NCBI GenBank assembly: GCA_902768435.1
Contig: CACXLJ010000015.1
Span: 4,253 to 68,252 of the forward strand
Origin: an uncultured Bacteroidales bacterium
GTDB lineage: Bacteria; Bacteroidota; Bacteroidia; Bacteroidales; Muribaculaceae
Direction of reading: 5' to 3'
Length of the DNA stretch: 64,000 nucleotides
The notes under the pieces were generated by a model. The model worked only from the letters and a program-made list of their open reading frames with translations. It made no database searches and was not told the DNA's origin. The position numbers were made by a program, and so were the translations under genes. Numbering within the stretch: position 1 is the stretch's first letter; the number at the start of each line of letters is the position of its first letter. This document shows, one piece after another, positions 46,833 through 57,716 of this stretch.

Positions 46833-49280
46833 CTAACTGATGCCCAAGATGATGTTGATTAGTGCCGACACATCGCTCACATTCACACGGCCGTCGCCGT
46901 TCACATCGGCAAGGGTTTCGTTCATCGGCGTGATGCCCAGAATCATGTTGATGAGAGCGCTCACATCGCTCACATTCACGCGGCCGTCGCCGTTCACATC
47001 GCCTTGTGCAATGGTTTGCTCCACAGGATAGTGGGCATAGAATGCCTTGATGTGAATGGCATGGTCGCCAGCAGTGGCGGCAGCCTTGTCGGGCACAAAG
47101 CGAATTTCGCGCAGCCTGATGGGGAAGGTGGCGAGCTGGTCGGCGCCTCCCAACTGGTCCATGTCGATGTGCAGGGTGTAGTCATTGCCAGGCTCAAAGC
47201 CGTTGCCGCCATTCTCAAATTTCTGGTAGTTGATTGAGGTGAACTGGTTGTTGCGCACATCAATCTGCACATACTCGATGGGCAGCGTGCTGTTGAAGGT
47301 GAGCCCTATGGTGTCGGGCAGGCTGTAGAAGAAGCGGTCGGTGAGCATTCTCACATATGGTGCCCGTGAGCTGGTGTAGGTGAAAGTGACATTGCCGTTG
47401 GCATCGAGGGCGAGTTCTTTAGCGCCCGAACCCGAGAGCATCCATCCCTCGGTCCATTGCTGAAAAAAATAGGGTGCATTGCTGATTTCGACAGTCACGC
47501 TGTCGGTATCGAGAAATTCGCCAATTTGGCAAGAGATGCGTGTGCTGCCGTTTTTTAATCCCTTGATCTTGCCGTTGTTGATTGTGGCGACAGTGGGGTC
47601 GTCAATGCTCCAGCCTAGTTGGGTGGCATCGTAGAAGTAGGTTTTGCCGGCTACTGTGGCGGTGACATCAACATCCCACTCGCGGTTGTCGACTAGCATC
47701 ATGGGGCTGACTGCAATGGCGGGCTGGGCGGGCAGTGTGACGATGGGCACGGTGGCAGCGATGCCGTTGTAAGTGGCTGTGAGTGTGCCTGTAAGTGCAT
47801 TGCCACCTGCCGTGATAGTCTCGCCGTTGGTGGTACCAATGGCCTCGTCACAGGTGAGAGTGAAACCCTTTAGGTCGTCGTTGATGAGGTCGCCATACTG
47901 GTTGTAGGCCAGCACTTGCGGGGTAGCCGAGGCATAGATGGGCAGTTGCACCTTGTGCTCGGCAAAGCGAATAGTTGCTACCTCGTTGTCGATGGGGGCG
48001 ATAGATTCGAGCAGCCAGCCGTTGGACACGGCTCGGGGACTACCCTCTGTGGTCTTGTTGATGATGGTGCCGCTTGCCAGCATCTCGGCCGAGCCGCCGG
48101 CATCGTAGTTCACCACTTCGCTCACATCGGGGTAGAGACTTTTGAGAATCTCGCACATGACGGTGGTGGAACAGCCTGCCGAGAGGCCATATTGCGGATG
48201 GGTTGACTTGTCGATGACAATCATATAGAGTTTTCGTCCGTCGGCACTGCAGCCATAGCCTGTGCGGGAGTAAATCTGTGAGTTATAGGCCTCGTCGGTG
48301 TTGCGAATGGTGAGCTCGCCCAGGTGCATGACCGGGGCATTGCCCTCCACCATGTTCTCGATCCATGGGGTGATGTGCTCACTCTCGGGTTCGTTGGTGG
48401 TCCAGCCTTGTGTGATGGTGATGGTGTCGCCCACAGTGTGTGTTGCCATGGCCTCCTTGAACGACCCGGTGGCAGTGAGGCAGGCCTCGTAGTTGCCCAG
48501 CGTCTGTCGGTCGGCGTCATTTACGATGTTCACGATGACGAAGGTCATAGGTTTGCTCACCTGCCAGCTGCTGCCTTCGGCCAGCGCCAGATAATAGTTG
48601 TCGGTGTGGTTGTTGCCGGTTTCGTCGGCACTCACCCAGTTGGTCTCGAACTGGCGAGTTCGGCCGAACGCTTCGTTCCACAGGCACATCTCGTTGTTGC
48701 GGTTGCGGCGGTTCACCTTGTTGATGGCGAGCGGATTATCGAGTTTTGGCGAGGTGAGTTGAGCAGCCCAGGTGAAGTGGCCGAATATGAGGTTCTTGTC
48801 GTGGTCGATGGCTGTTCCGGCCGTTTTCGATGGTCCGCCATCCCAGGTGTCGTTAGCGTTGTTGGTGTTGGTGTAGATGGTGTCGTTGCGCACCACAGCA
48901 CCGTAGGGCGAGCCCAACATGTAGATGCTTGAAGTGCCTTGTCCGCTCACGCACCAGAAGTTGGCATTGCAGCCTGCCAGCACGCGTTTCGACGGGGTGG
49001 AGTAGCGCTGGGCGGCCGTGGTGAGCAGTTCGGTCTTGCCCACGATGCCTTGCCCCTGCATGGTTTCGATGCGGTTGTAGGGATTGTCCATGTCGGCCTC
49101 AAGCAGGTAGACATTGAGGGGATAGCCCGGAATGCGAATGATGGTGTTCATGATTCCCGGCCCCAATTGCCGCCTGAACAGGGTGTCGACTTGGTATTCG
49201 CTGCCTCCAATCACCACCTGCGCCATAGCAGTGCAGGCAACGAGAGTAAACAGCAAAGGAAGTAGTATAGTTCTTTTCAT
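46833..49280 (-). CDS. Phosphodiester glycosidase (NAGPA/DUF2233) family + Ig-like (Big_2) + dockerin
   Basis: Signal peptide; CNANFW; SRTGYG; NYDAGGSAEM; PRAVSNG; 'WSIDDPTVATI' Big_2; two GDVNGDG repeats. Confidence 0.8.
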   Translation of the reverse strand: MKRTILLPLLFTLVACTAMAQVVIGGSEYQVDTLFRRQLGPGIMNTIIRIPGYPLNVYLLEADMDNPYNRIETMQGQGIVGKTELLTTAAQRYSTPSKRVLAGCNANFWCVSGQGTSSIYMLGSPYGAVVRNDTIYTNTNNANDTWDGGPSKTAGTAIDHDKNLIFGHFTWAAQLTSPKLDNPLAINKVNRRNRNNEMCLWNEAFGRTRQFETNWVSADETGNNHTDNYYLALAEGSSWQVSKPMTFVIVNIVNDADRQTLGNYEACLTATGSFKEAMATHTVGDTITITQGWTTNEPESEHITPWIENMVEGNAPVMHLGELTIRNTDEAYNSQIYSRTGYGCSADGRKLYMIVIDKSTHPQYGLSAGCSTTVMCEILKSLYPDVSEVVNYDAGGSAEMLASGTIINKTTEGSPRAVSNGWLLESIAPIDNEVATIRFAEHKVQLPIYASATPQVLAYNQYGDLINDDLKGFTLTCDEAIGTTNGETITAGGNALTGTLTATYNGIAATVPIVTLPAQPAIAVSPMMLVDNREWDVDVTATVAGKTYFYDATQLGWSIDDPTVATINNGKIKGLKNGSTRISCQIGEFLDTDSVTVEISNAPYFFQQWTEGWMLSGSGAKELALDANGNVTFTYTSSRAPYVRMLTDRFFYSLPDTIGLTFNSTLPIEYVQIDVRNNQFTSINYQKFENGGNGFEPGNDYTLHIDMDQLGGADQLATFPIRLREIRFVPDKAAATAGDHAIHIKAFYAHYPVEQTIAQGDVNGDGRVNVSDVSALINMILGITPMNETLADVNGDGRVNVSDVSALINIILGIS

Positions 49281-49398
49281 CGTTGTTCAAATTTTGAAAG
49301 AATTTAAATTTAATTTGTAAATTTACTAATAATTCTTGAACTATCACCTATAAATTAATATAAATCTTTAAAATACGGTATTGGTGAGGCAAAAGAAA

Positions 49399-49422
49399 AA
49401 CCCTGGCGGGAGGGCCAGGGTT
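49399..49422 (-). terminator. Intrinsic terminator for the glycine-zipper gene
   Basis: aaccctggc...gccagggtt with the A-run at 49391-49400 read as a U-tract on the minus strand. Confidence 0.75.
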
Positions 49423-49456
49423 GTGAGTGAATACTGCGGTAAACCATTGTGCACGA

Positions 49457-50104
49457 TTAGCGCCGTGCGCGAGTGCGCAGCTGGAACGAACGCACCGTGT
49501 AGAGTTCGTTTCCGTTCGAGAAACCGATAGAGAAGTCGGCATAGCCATTTTTGAGTTTGCGGGTAGCCACAAGTTCGGCAGTGTAACGCACAGCTTTGCC
49601 AGGACCTAACTCGCTGATGATGGCAGTGGGAGAGAGGTAAATCTCCTTGGTACCAGAAACCGTGATGACCGGTGCGATGTCGTAGATGAAATCACGACTC
49701 TCGTTGCGAATCTCAAAAATAAGTTTGCCATGCTCGTCGGCATCGATATACTCGTTGCTGTTCATGTCGACAAAGCGCAAGTTCTCGACCACGAGGCCAG
49801 AATAGGGGCTGTTGTAGCCGTTCTGTCGATAGTCGTCGTAGTCATATCCGTTGTAGTAGTCCGATGTGCGGCTTTTCTCGGTTTTGGGGGCTGTTGCGGC
49901 AGCACCGATAGCGCCACCTATAGCCATACCTGCCAGAGTGCCCACTCGGCTGCCTCTCCATCCGCCTGCAATGCTGCCGACGGCCGAGCCAAACATGCCA
50001 CCTACCGAGGCTCCTGTGGCTGCGCCAAAGAACTGGCTTGACGAGGAGCAGCTGCTCAACACCAGAAGGGCAGCGCTCAATGCTGAAACTAAAGTCTTTT
50101 TCAT
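49457..50104 (-). CDS. Glycine-zipper lipoprotein
   Basis: Lipobox LSSC; GAxxGxxxG repeats; C-terminal beta domain. Confidence 0.75.
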   Translation of the reverse strand: MKKTLVSALSAALLVLSSCSSSSQFFGAATGASVGGMFGSAVGSIAGGWRGSRVGTLAGMAIGGAIGAAATAPKTEKSRTSDYYNGYDYDDYRQNGYNSPYSGLVVENLRFVDMNSNEYIDADEHGKLIFEIRNESRDFIYDIAPVITVSGTKEIYLSPTAIISELGPGKAVRYTAELVATRKLKNGYADFSIGFSNGNELYTVRSFQLRTRARR

Positions 50105-50244
50105 CGTTTTTTATGTGTTAATAGTTATTGTTTTAGTGTTTGCAAAGTGCTAAATTACAATATAAACAACTATTGTGCCAAATTTTTTAGACAAAAGAAA
50201 TGAAAATGTCGTCAAAAAGACCATTTTTCGTGATAATTAGGGGT

Positions 50245-52665
50245 TCACGACAAGATGATGTTGATGAGTGCGCTCACATCGCTCACATTCACCTTGTCGT
50301 CGCCGTTCACATCGGCACTGCTCTGGTTCATAGCCTCTAATCCCAGAATCATATTGATGAGCGCGGCAACATCGCTCACATTGATGCGTCCATCGCCATT
50401 CACATCGCCCGTGATGGTGGCTGCCACATTCGGGTAGTGGGCATATAATACCTTGAGGCTGATGGAGTAATCGCCTTTAGGCGCCGACTTGCTTGGCGAG
50501 AATTTTACCTCTTTCAGCGTAATGGGGTAGGTGCCCACCTGGTCGATTCCTCCCATTTGGTCAAGGTTGATGCGCAAGGTGTAGTCCTTGTTGGCTTCAA
50601 AACCTCCCTCAGGCTCATATTTCTCATAGTTGAGTGAGGTGAAATAGCGGTTGCGGGCATCGATTTGAACATAATCAATTGGGATGGTGCTGTTGAAGGT
50701 GAGAGCAATGGTGTCGGGGAGGCTGTAGAAGGTGATGTCCTTCTTGAGCGAGAGATAGGGCGCCCGCGACGAATTGTAGTAAAACGACAGGGTGCCGTCG
50801 GTGCTGAGCACGAGGTTGTTAGCACCCGAGGCTTTCAGTGTCCAATCGTTCCACGATTGTTTGAGAAATGGGACTGTGCTGATTTCGACCGTGACGCTGT
50901 CTTGGTCGTTGAATTCTCCAATTTGACAAGTGAAGCGTGTGCTGCCATTGCGCTTGGGCATGAGCACCCCGTTTTCGATGGTGGCTATCGATGGGTCGTC
51001 GATGCTCCAGACGAGTTTCGACGGGTCGTAGGTGTAAGTTTTGTCGTTGACTGTGGCGGTTACCTCGATGGGGTAGTCGCGGCTGTCGATGAGCAGCGGT
51101 TTTACCTTGATGGCGGGTTGTGCCATGAGGGTGGTGACGGGCAGGGTTGCCGTCATGTCGCCAAGGTGTGCAGTGAGTGTGCCGTGCGCCTCTTGTCCGG
51201 CGGCAATGAAGGTGTCGCCCTCGGTGCTGCCTATCGCCTCGTCGCAGGTGAGGGTGAAGCCTTTCACATCCTCGTTGATGAGTTCGCCTATTGCGTTGTA
51301 ACCCAGGATTTTCGGCACATAGCTCGAGTAGATGGGAGCCTCGGCTTTGAAGTCGGCAAAGGCAATAGATGCCACGGTGTTGTCTTCTTCGCCAACGGCC
51401 TCGACCATCCATCCGCAAGCCACTGCTCGGGGTGTGCCTTCGGTGGTGGTGCTGATGCACTCGTCGCCCACAATCATCATGGCCGAGCCACCGGCATCCA
51501 TGGTGGTGATGTCGGAAACATAGGGGCATAGTTGCTGCATGATGAGGCACATGGTCTCGGTGTTGCAGCCCGCCGAGCGGCCATATTTCTTGCTGAGCGA
51601 CATGTCGATGACCATCATGATGAGGTGCTTGCCGTCGGCGCTGGCGCCATAACCGGTGCGTGAATAAACCTTGGTGTTATAGTCGAGATCGTAGTTGTTA
51701 TTAGTGAGTTCGCCATTTTTCATGACCAGGCCTATGCCCTCTACCATGTTTTCGATTTCAGGACGATCGCCGCTGCCTTGCGCCGTCATGCCATAGTTGA
51801 TGGTGATTTCATCGCCCTCGGCGAGCGCCGCCATCACTTGTGCCTGTGTGCCCGAGCAGGTGATGCAGGCGTCGTAGTTGCCCAGCGTCTGCCGGTCGGC
51901 ATCGCGTACAATTCTGGTCACGACAAAAGTCATGTCGTGGTTGATTCCCCACCGCTCGCCCGCTTTGAGCGTGAGATAGTAGTTGTCGGTGTGCGTATTG
52001 CCTCGCTCACCAGTTGATATCCAGTCGGTTTCGAACTGGCGTGTGCGGGTGTAGGCGGGTGTCCACAAGGTAACATGATTGAGGATGCACCGGCGGTTCA
52101 CAGTCTCGAAAACGATGGGAGCATTGAACCTCTCGCTGGTGATGGTGGCGCTGGGTATGATGTGGTCGAAATAGAGTGTTTTGTCTCTTGAAATGGCCGT
52201 GCCTCCTGTGTAACCTGGGCCATAGCACCAGTTGTCTTCGTTGGTTTCGGCGTTGACACAGATGCTGTCGTTCCTGATTACTGAGCAGTAGGGGGTGCCG
52301 AGTTCAAACTCGCGTGGGGGCCACTCGGCCGAAACGCACCAGAAGTTGCTGTTGCATGCCACAATGGGTCTCTTGGTTGCCGTGCGATTGCGTTTCACGG
52401 CATTGAGCAGCAACTCGGAACGGCCCACAGTGCTGTAGCCCAGTGTGGTTTCAACACGGTTGTTGGGGTTGTTGAGGTCGGTTTCGGTAATGTAGATGTT
52501 GAGCGGATAATCGGGAATGCGCACAATGGTAGTGACCATGCCAGGTCCTACCTGGCGGCGGTATAGTGTGTCGGTCTCATAGGTGTTGCCGCCGAGTGTG
52601 ATGGCAGCAAAACCGTTGAGGGCGAACAGGGTAATGAGCAGGGAGGAGTGGAGGAAGCGTTTCAT
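50245..52665 (-). CDS. Phosphodiester glycosidase family + Ig-like + dockerin (paralogue of 46833-49280)
   Basis: Same architecture: CNSNFW, SRTGYG, MDAGGSAMM, PRAVACG, two dockerin repeats; ATG 52665 preferred. Confidence 0.8.
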   Translation of the reverse strand: MKRFLHSSLLITLFALNGFAAITLGGNTYETDTLYRRQVGPGMVTTIVRIPDYPLNIYITETDLNNPNNRVETTLGYSTVGRSELLLNAVKRNRTATKRPIVACNSNFWCVSAEWPPREFELGTPYCSVIRNDSICVNAETNEDNWCYGPGYTGGTAISRDKTLYFDHIIPSATITSERFNAPIVFETVNRRCILNHVTLWTPAYTRTRQFETDWISTGERGNTHTDNYYLTLKAGERWGINHDMTFVVTRIVRDADRQTLGNYDACITCSGTQAQVMAALAEGDEITINYGMTAQGSGDRPEIENMVEGIGLVMKNGELTNNNYDLDYNTKVYSRTGYGASADGKHLIMMVIDMSLSKKYGRSAGCNTETMCLIMQQLCPYVSDITTMDAGGSAMMIVGDECISTTTEGTPRAVACGWMVEAVGEEDNTVASIAFADFKAEAPIYSSYVPKILGYNAIGELINEDVKGFTLTCDEAIGSTEGDTFIAAGQEAHGTLTAHLGDMTATLPVTTLMAQPAIKVKPLLIDSRDYPIEVTATVNDKTYTYDPSKLVWSIDDPSIATIENGVLMPKRNGSTRFTCQIGEFNDQDSVTVEISTVPFLKQSWNDWTLKASGANNLVLSTDGTLSFYYNSSRAPYLSLKKDITFYSLPDTIALTFNSTIPIDYVQIDARNRYFTSLNYEKYEPEGGFEANKDYTLRINLDQMGGIDQVGTYPITLKEVKFSPSKSAPKGDYSISLKVLYAHYPNVAATITGDVNGDGRINVSDVAALINMILGLEAMNQSSADVNGDDKVNVSDVSALINIILS

Positions 52666-52843
52666 ATATGTAGATTTTATTTTCAAGTTGTAAATTTACT
52701 AAATATTTTATTTTTCTTGAAATTAATTGGGCAAAATTGTCCTGATTTTGTGTGAAACGCAAAAAAGTGCGAGAAAAATGCGTCATCACACAATAAATAT
52801 AGGAAAGTTGCGTTAAGAGTATTAAAACAATCATGATTGAAGT

Positions 52844-55800
52844 ATGAAATTTTTGAAAAAAACACGATATGTGAAGTACGCCTTGGCGCTCGTGCTGCTG
52901 TTTGCCGCTATGCCTAAGGCCGCAGCCTTTGATGCCTCGCTCAAGGCCGACTCGTCGCGTCTGTCACAGGGCCGATGGGTGAAAATCAAGGTAACCGAGA
53001 CGGGAATACATGCCATCACAGCCGCCGATGCCCAAAAGTGGGGCATGAGCGACCTGAGCAAGGTGCATGTGTTTGGTTTTGGTGCTGCAAGGATTCCTGA
53101 CAGGCTGACCCAAGACATTCCCGACGACTTGCCTCAGATTCCTGTGGTGCGTTGCGGCGACAAAATCTTGTTTTATGCCCAAGGTCCCGTGCAATGGAAA
53201 CCTACATCGCTGAATGTGAACTTTACTCCCAGCCAGCATCCTTACTCCACGGCCGGTTACTACTTCGTGACCGACGACAGCCGATTCACTGATGTGGAGA
53301 TAACCAGGTCGTCACAGCCAGTGAGCGGTGCTGTGCAAAACAAGGTTTTCGGCCGCGTGTATCATGAGCAGGAACTGGTGAATCCGGGCGAAACCGGCCA
53401 TCAGTTGCTGGGCGAGGATTTCAGCATCACTACTACCCAGACCTTTAACTTTAACCTTGAAGGCTATATCGATGGGGGTAATATCAACATCTGCACAAAC
53501 TTTGCCGCCAGCATGTCGGATGGCATGAACACAGGCCAGACGGGCAGACTCACTTACAAGTACAACAATATCAATTTGCCCTATAACTCAATCTATGACA
53601 GGTTGACGCAGGTATCAAACAACACTACTCAGCACTATTTGACAACGAACTCGATCAAGTCGTTCACCATGACGGGAACCAAGAATCTTGCCTATGAGGT
53701 GACTTTCAATCCAGTGGGAACCGTCTATCTTGCTCGTCTAAACTTCATTGCAGTGAATTACGAACGCGCTTTGGCGTTGTACAATGGCGTGATTGACTTT
53801 GGCCAGTATAATGCCAAAAGCAACATGCAGTATCAGATATCGGGCTGCACCGACCACACCCATGTGTGGGATGTGACCACACCCCACAAACCAGTGGCAA
53901 TGAATGTGAATCTCGAGGGCGACAAGGCCTCGTTCAGTCCCGAACTGGGCAATAGGGAATTTGTGGCCTTTGATGAGGGTGGCAGCAGCTATCCCTCGCC
54001 CGTGATGGTGGGTGTGATGAAAAATCAGAACCTGCATGGCGAGCCCACCCCCGACATGATTATCATCAGTCACAGAGAATATATGTCGCAGGCTCAGCGC
54101 CTTGCCGACATGCACACCACAATCGACTCGATGCGGGTGCTCGTGGTTGACCAGGACGATGTGTTTGATGAGTTTTCGAGCGGAACTCCCGATGCCCTTG
54201 CCTACAGAATGATGTGCAAACTCTTCTATGACCGTGGCAAAGATGCCGAGGGTCACCAGTTGGGTTACCTGCTGCTCATGGGCAATGGCACCTACGATAA
54301 CCGACAGATTACTACCCGTTTCAAGACTGCTTCCTATCCGGCTTTGCTAACCTGGCAGACCGATGCAGGCGACAGTGAAATCACTTCGTATGTGAGCGAC
54401 GACCCCCTGGTGGTGCTCGGCGACAATACGGGTCCTGATTTTTATAACAGCAACATGAGCATTGCTGTGGGCCGCTTCCCGGTGAAGAGCGTGGCCGAGG
54501 CAAGAGTGATGGTCGACAAAGTGATCAAATATGTGACCAATGCCGATAATGGTGCATGGAAAAACAATGTGCTGTATGTTGCCGACGACGGCGATAAAGG
54601 CAACCACATGAGGCATCAGGAATCGGTCATCGATGTGTCAACCAAGCACCACGGCGAAGACATGGTGAACACCCGTGTCTACCTTGATGCTTTTGATGAG
54701 GTGAGTGCTGGTTCGGGCCGCACTTATCCCGATGCACGCACCAAGATGTACGGCACGCTGAAAGAGGGTGTTGTGTGGTGGAACTATGCAGGTCACTCGA
54801 GCACCAATGTGTGGACCGACAATGGCCTGCTCATGCGTGGAGACATCGAGCAGAACCTGTTCTACCGTCATCTCCCCATCTTGATGACCGCCAGTTGTGA
54901 GTTTACCCGTTTCGATGAGATCGAAGAGTCGGGGGGCGAACAAATCATACTCAACTCGCGTGGCGGTGCAGTGGCATTGATAAGCACGGCACGCCAGGTG
55001 TACATGGACAACAACCTGCGCCTGCACAACTCGATAGCAGAATTTGTTTATACGCACGATGAGCAAGGCCTTCCACTGCGTGTGGGCGACATTGTGCGCA
55101 AGGGCAAGAACAATACAAGTCGCGACAGCAACAATTCACGCTTCCTGCTCTTCGGCGACCCAGCGATGCGTCCAGCATTCCCGACCTATAAAATCAAGGT
55201 CGAGACCATCAACGGCAAAGCAATTGACCCCAACAATATGCCAGTGTTCCAGGCTCGCCAGACGCTCACTTTTGCCGGTTCGGTGGTCGATGCTAAAGGC
55301 AACAAACTGAGCGACTTCAATGGCCCGCTGGTGTCGACGCTCTTCGACTGTGAACAGTCGGTCATCACGCATGGCTACAGCACTCCAAACGACAAAGGCG
55401 GACAAGTCATCTACAACGACCGTTTTAACAAGTTGGCCGTGAATGTAGATACAGTGACCAACGGCTCATTCTCGTTCAGGCTCACCATCCCGTCGGAGGT
55501 GATGGCCACCTACGACAACTTCCAGCCTGCGTGGATCAGCCTGTACGCCTATGACAACCACTCGTTGTCGAACAAAAAATGGAACGGCGGTTTGCGTGAG
55601 GCGCAAGGCTCTAACGGTGACTTCTATATCTATGGCTACGACGACACGATTGTGGCCGACACCATAGGTCCCGAAATCAGTGTGTTTGCCATCAACTCGG
55701 TTGACTTCAAGGATGGTGACGATGTGAACGAGTCGCCCCTTGTTCTCGCCACAGTGCGCGATAAGTCGGGCATTAACTTGTCGACAAGCGGCATTGGCCA

Positions 55801-56326
55801 TTCTATCACGCTCACGCTCGATGATGAGAAGACCTTCAATGATGTGACCTCGTTCTACACGCCTATCGCCACCGACGAGGGTACGGCAGGCGACATCAAC
55901 TATGTGCTGCAGAATCTTGAGAATGGCCACCACACGCTCACAATCAAGGTGTGGGATGTGTTCAACAATTCATCGGAAAAAAGCGTTGTCTTCAATGTGG
56001 TGACAGGCCTGAAACCCGACCTGTATGACATCTATACCGACGCCAATCCCGCATCGGTTTCGGCCAACTTCTATGTGAAGCACAACAGGCCCGATGCCGT
56101 GCTTACCATCAGACTTGAAATCTATGACCTGCTTGGACGCATGGTGTGGAGCACCACCCAAACGGGTCGCTCTGACCTGAATACATCGTTCCCCATCAGT
56201 TGGGATTTGACCGACATGAGCGGCCACCGGGTGCCTCGCGGCATCTATGTTTACCGCGCTTCGGTATCGACCGATGGCGAACGCGAGGCTACCAAGTCGC
56301 GCAAGATTGCGGTCACTGCCCAATGA
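52844..56326 (+). CDS. porU: Type IX secretion sortase PorU (peptidase C25 family), copy 1
   Basis: GRWVKIKV..GI N-terminus, QNLHG..PDMII, EFSSGTPD, YVSDD, GRFP, NYAGH...ASCEF His/Cys pair, LFGDPA, T9SS-type C-terminal domain. Confidence 0.9.
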   Translation: MKFLKKTRYVKYALALVLLFAAMPKAAAFDASLKADSSRLSQGRWVKIKVTETGIHAITAADAQKWGMSDLSKVHVFGFGAARIPDRLTQDIPDDLPQIPVVRCGDKILFYAQGPVQWKPTSLNVNFTPSQHPYSTAGYYFVTDDSRFTDVEITRSSQPVSGAVQNKVFGRVYHEQELVNPGETGHQLLGEDFSITTTQTFNFNLEGYIDGGNINICTNFAASMSDGMNTGQTGRLTYKYNNINLPYNSIYDRLTQVSNNTTQHYLTTNSIKSFTMTGTKNLAYEVTFNPVGTVYLARLNFIAVNYERALALYNGVIDFGQYNAKSNMQYQISGCTDHTHVWDVTTPHKPVAMNVNLEGDKASFSPELGNREFVAFDEGGSSYPSPVMVGVMKNQNLHGEPTPDMIIISHREYMSQAQRLADMHTTIDSMRVLVVDQDDVFDEFSSGTPDALAYRMMCKLFYDRGKDAEGHQLGYLLLMGNGTYDNRQITTRFKTASYPALLTWQTDAGDSEITSYVSDDPLVVLGDNTGPDFYNSNMSIAVGRFPVKSVAEARVMVDKVIKYVTNADNGAWKNNVLYVADDGDKGNHMRHQESVIDVSTKHHGEDMVNTRVYLDAFDEVSAGSGRTYPDARTKMYGTLKEGVVWWNYAGHSSTNVWTDNGLLMRGDIEQNLFYRHLPILMTASCEFTRFDEIEESGGEQIILNSRGGAVALISTARQVYMDNNLRLHNSIAEFVYTHDEQGLPLRVGDIVRKGKNNTSRDSNNSRFLLFGDPAMRPAFPTYKIKVETINGKAIDPNNMPVFQARQTLTFAGSVVDAKGNKLSDFNGPLVSTLFDCEQSVITHGYSTPNDKGGQVIYNDRFNKLAVNVDTVTNGSFSFRLTIPSEVMATYDNFQPAWISLYAYDNHSLSNKKWNGGLREAQGSNGDFYIYGYDDTIVADTIGPEISVFAINSVDFKDGDDVNESPLVLATVRDKSGINLSTSGIGHSITLTLDDEKTFNDVTSFYTPIATDEGTAGDINYVLQNLENGHHTLTIKVWDVFNNSSEKSVVFNVVTGLKPDLYDIYTDANPASVSANFYVKHNRPDAVLTIRLEIYDLLGRMVWSTTQTGRSDLNTSFPISWDLTDMSGHRVPRGIYVYRASVSTDGEREATKSRKIAVTAQ

Positions 56327-56445
56327 GGCTGTTGAATGGTTTTGTAGATACCTTGACGAACGATAATGGAAGAACATTTTGTTTGTTAAACAAAAAATGA
56401 TTATTTTTGCACTTTGATATATATAGATATTTAATATTAACATAG

Positions 56446-57096
56446 ATGAGCGTCAACAAAAATATGCCCAAAATGACCATGCCAGAGCCCACACTAAGGC
56501 GATTGCCATGGTATTTGGCGTATGTGCGTCTGCTTGAACGCAGGAACATTGAATATGTCTCATCGACGCAGATATCAAAAGAGATAAATGTAGACGCCTC
56601 GCAGATTGCCAAGGACTTGTCGTTCTTGAACATCAAAGGCAAGACCCGCATAGGCTACGAGGTGAGCATGCTGGTGAAGGAACTGACCGATTTCCTGGGA
56701 TTCAAGAGCCGTCACACGGCATTTGTGATTGGCGCAGGCAGCCTGGGCGCTGCCTTGATGCAGGATTCGGGCTTGTCGCAATATGGCCTGAATATCGTTG
56801 CGGGTTTTGATGTTGACCCCAAACTCATTGGCACCCATGTGGGCGGCATTCCCATCTACGACATGGCCCAACTGGCCCAGCGCCAGCAAGAATATGGCGC
56901 GACCATCGCCATTCTCTCGGTTCCTGTGGAGCATGCCCAGGAAGCGACCAATGTCATTGTGTCGGCAGGGCTGAAGGCTATATGGAATTTCACGCCTTTC
57001 AGAATTAAAGTACCTGACGATATTGTGATACAGAATACATCGATTTATGCACATCTTGCGCTCATTTACAACCGCATGAGTGCTAAAATGAAATAA
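56446..57096 (+). CDS. rex: Redox-sensing transcriptional repressor Rex
   Basis: PEPTLRRLPWY, SQIAKDLS, GKTRIGY, GAGSLG, WNFTP. Confidence 0.95.
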   Translation: MSVNKNMPKMTMPEPTLRRLPWYLAYVRLLERRNIEYVSSTQISKEINVDASQIAKDLSFLNIKGKTRIGYEVSMLVKELTDFLGFKSRHTAFVIGAGSLGAALMQDSGLSQYGLNIVAGFDVDPKLIGTHVGGIPIYDMAQLAQRQQEYGATIAILSVPVEHAQEATNVIVSAGLKAIWNFTPFRIKVPDDIVIQNTSIYAHLALIYNRMSAKMK

Positions 57097-57101
57097 CTGC
57101 T

Positions 57102-57680
57102 GTGAAGATACTGGTGGTGAAGGACATAGAAACGGCAAAGACGGCCAACGACCTGCGAGTGCGTCTCGTGGCCGACTCGGCATTGCTGCCGAGCGGCAAG
57201 CCGTTTTTTGTGCCCGACTTTGCAACGCGCTTCACAGGCCGCATTGCATTGGCATTGCGCATGGGCAGGCTTGGCAAGCACATCGCTGCCAAATTTGCGC
57301 ACCGTTACTTCAGCACTGTGGCAGCCTGTTGCATGGTAACCCCTCATGAAGGGCAATGCAATGGCATGAATGCCGAGGAGGATGCCCGCTTGCTGTCGTT
57401 CGACGGATCGGTGCTGCTGGGCGACTTTCTGCCCTATGACGGTCAAAGCGACCTGAATGTGAGCCTTTGCAACGAGAAGGGGCAAGAAGGGACATGGCTG
57501 CTGCCAAAAACCGCCCCCATATTTCATGGGCTCATCGAGGAATTGAGCCGATACTTCACACTCAAGATGGGTGACCTGATCCTGTGCGATAGCGGCAAGG
57601 AGGTGGTCGACTTGAATATGGGCGGTGAAGTACACGGCTCGGTGTGTGGCGAAGCATCGTTGATAACAAGAGTCAGATGA
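57102..57680 (+). CDS. Degenerate fumarylacetoacetate-hydrolase-family protein
   Basis: 'DSALL..GKPFFVPDF', 'RLGKHIAAKFAHRY', 'SRYFTLKMGDLI'; canonical acidic metal ligands not apparent. Confidence 0.8.
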   Translation: MKILVVKDIETAKTANDLRVRLVADSALLPSGKPFFVPDFATRFTGRIALALRMGRLGKHIAAKFAHRYFSTVAACCMVTPHEGQCNGMNAEEDARLLSFDGSVLLGDFLPYDGQSDLNVSLCNEKGQEGTWLLPKTAPIFHGLIEELSRYFTLKMGDLILCDSGKEVVDLNMGGEVHGSVCGEASLITRVR

Positions 57681-57716
57681 TATTGAAGAAAAATAAATAA
57701 CTAAACAGATACAATT

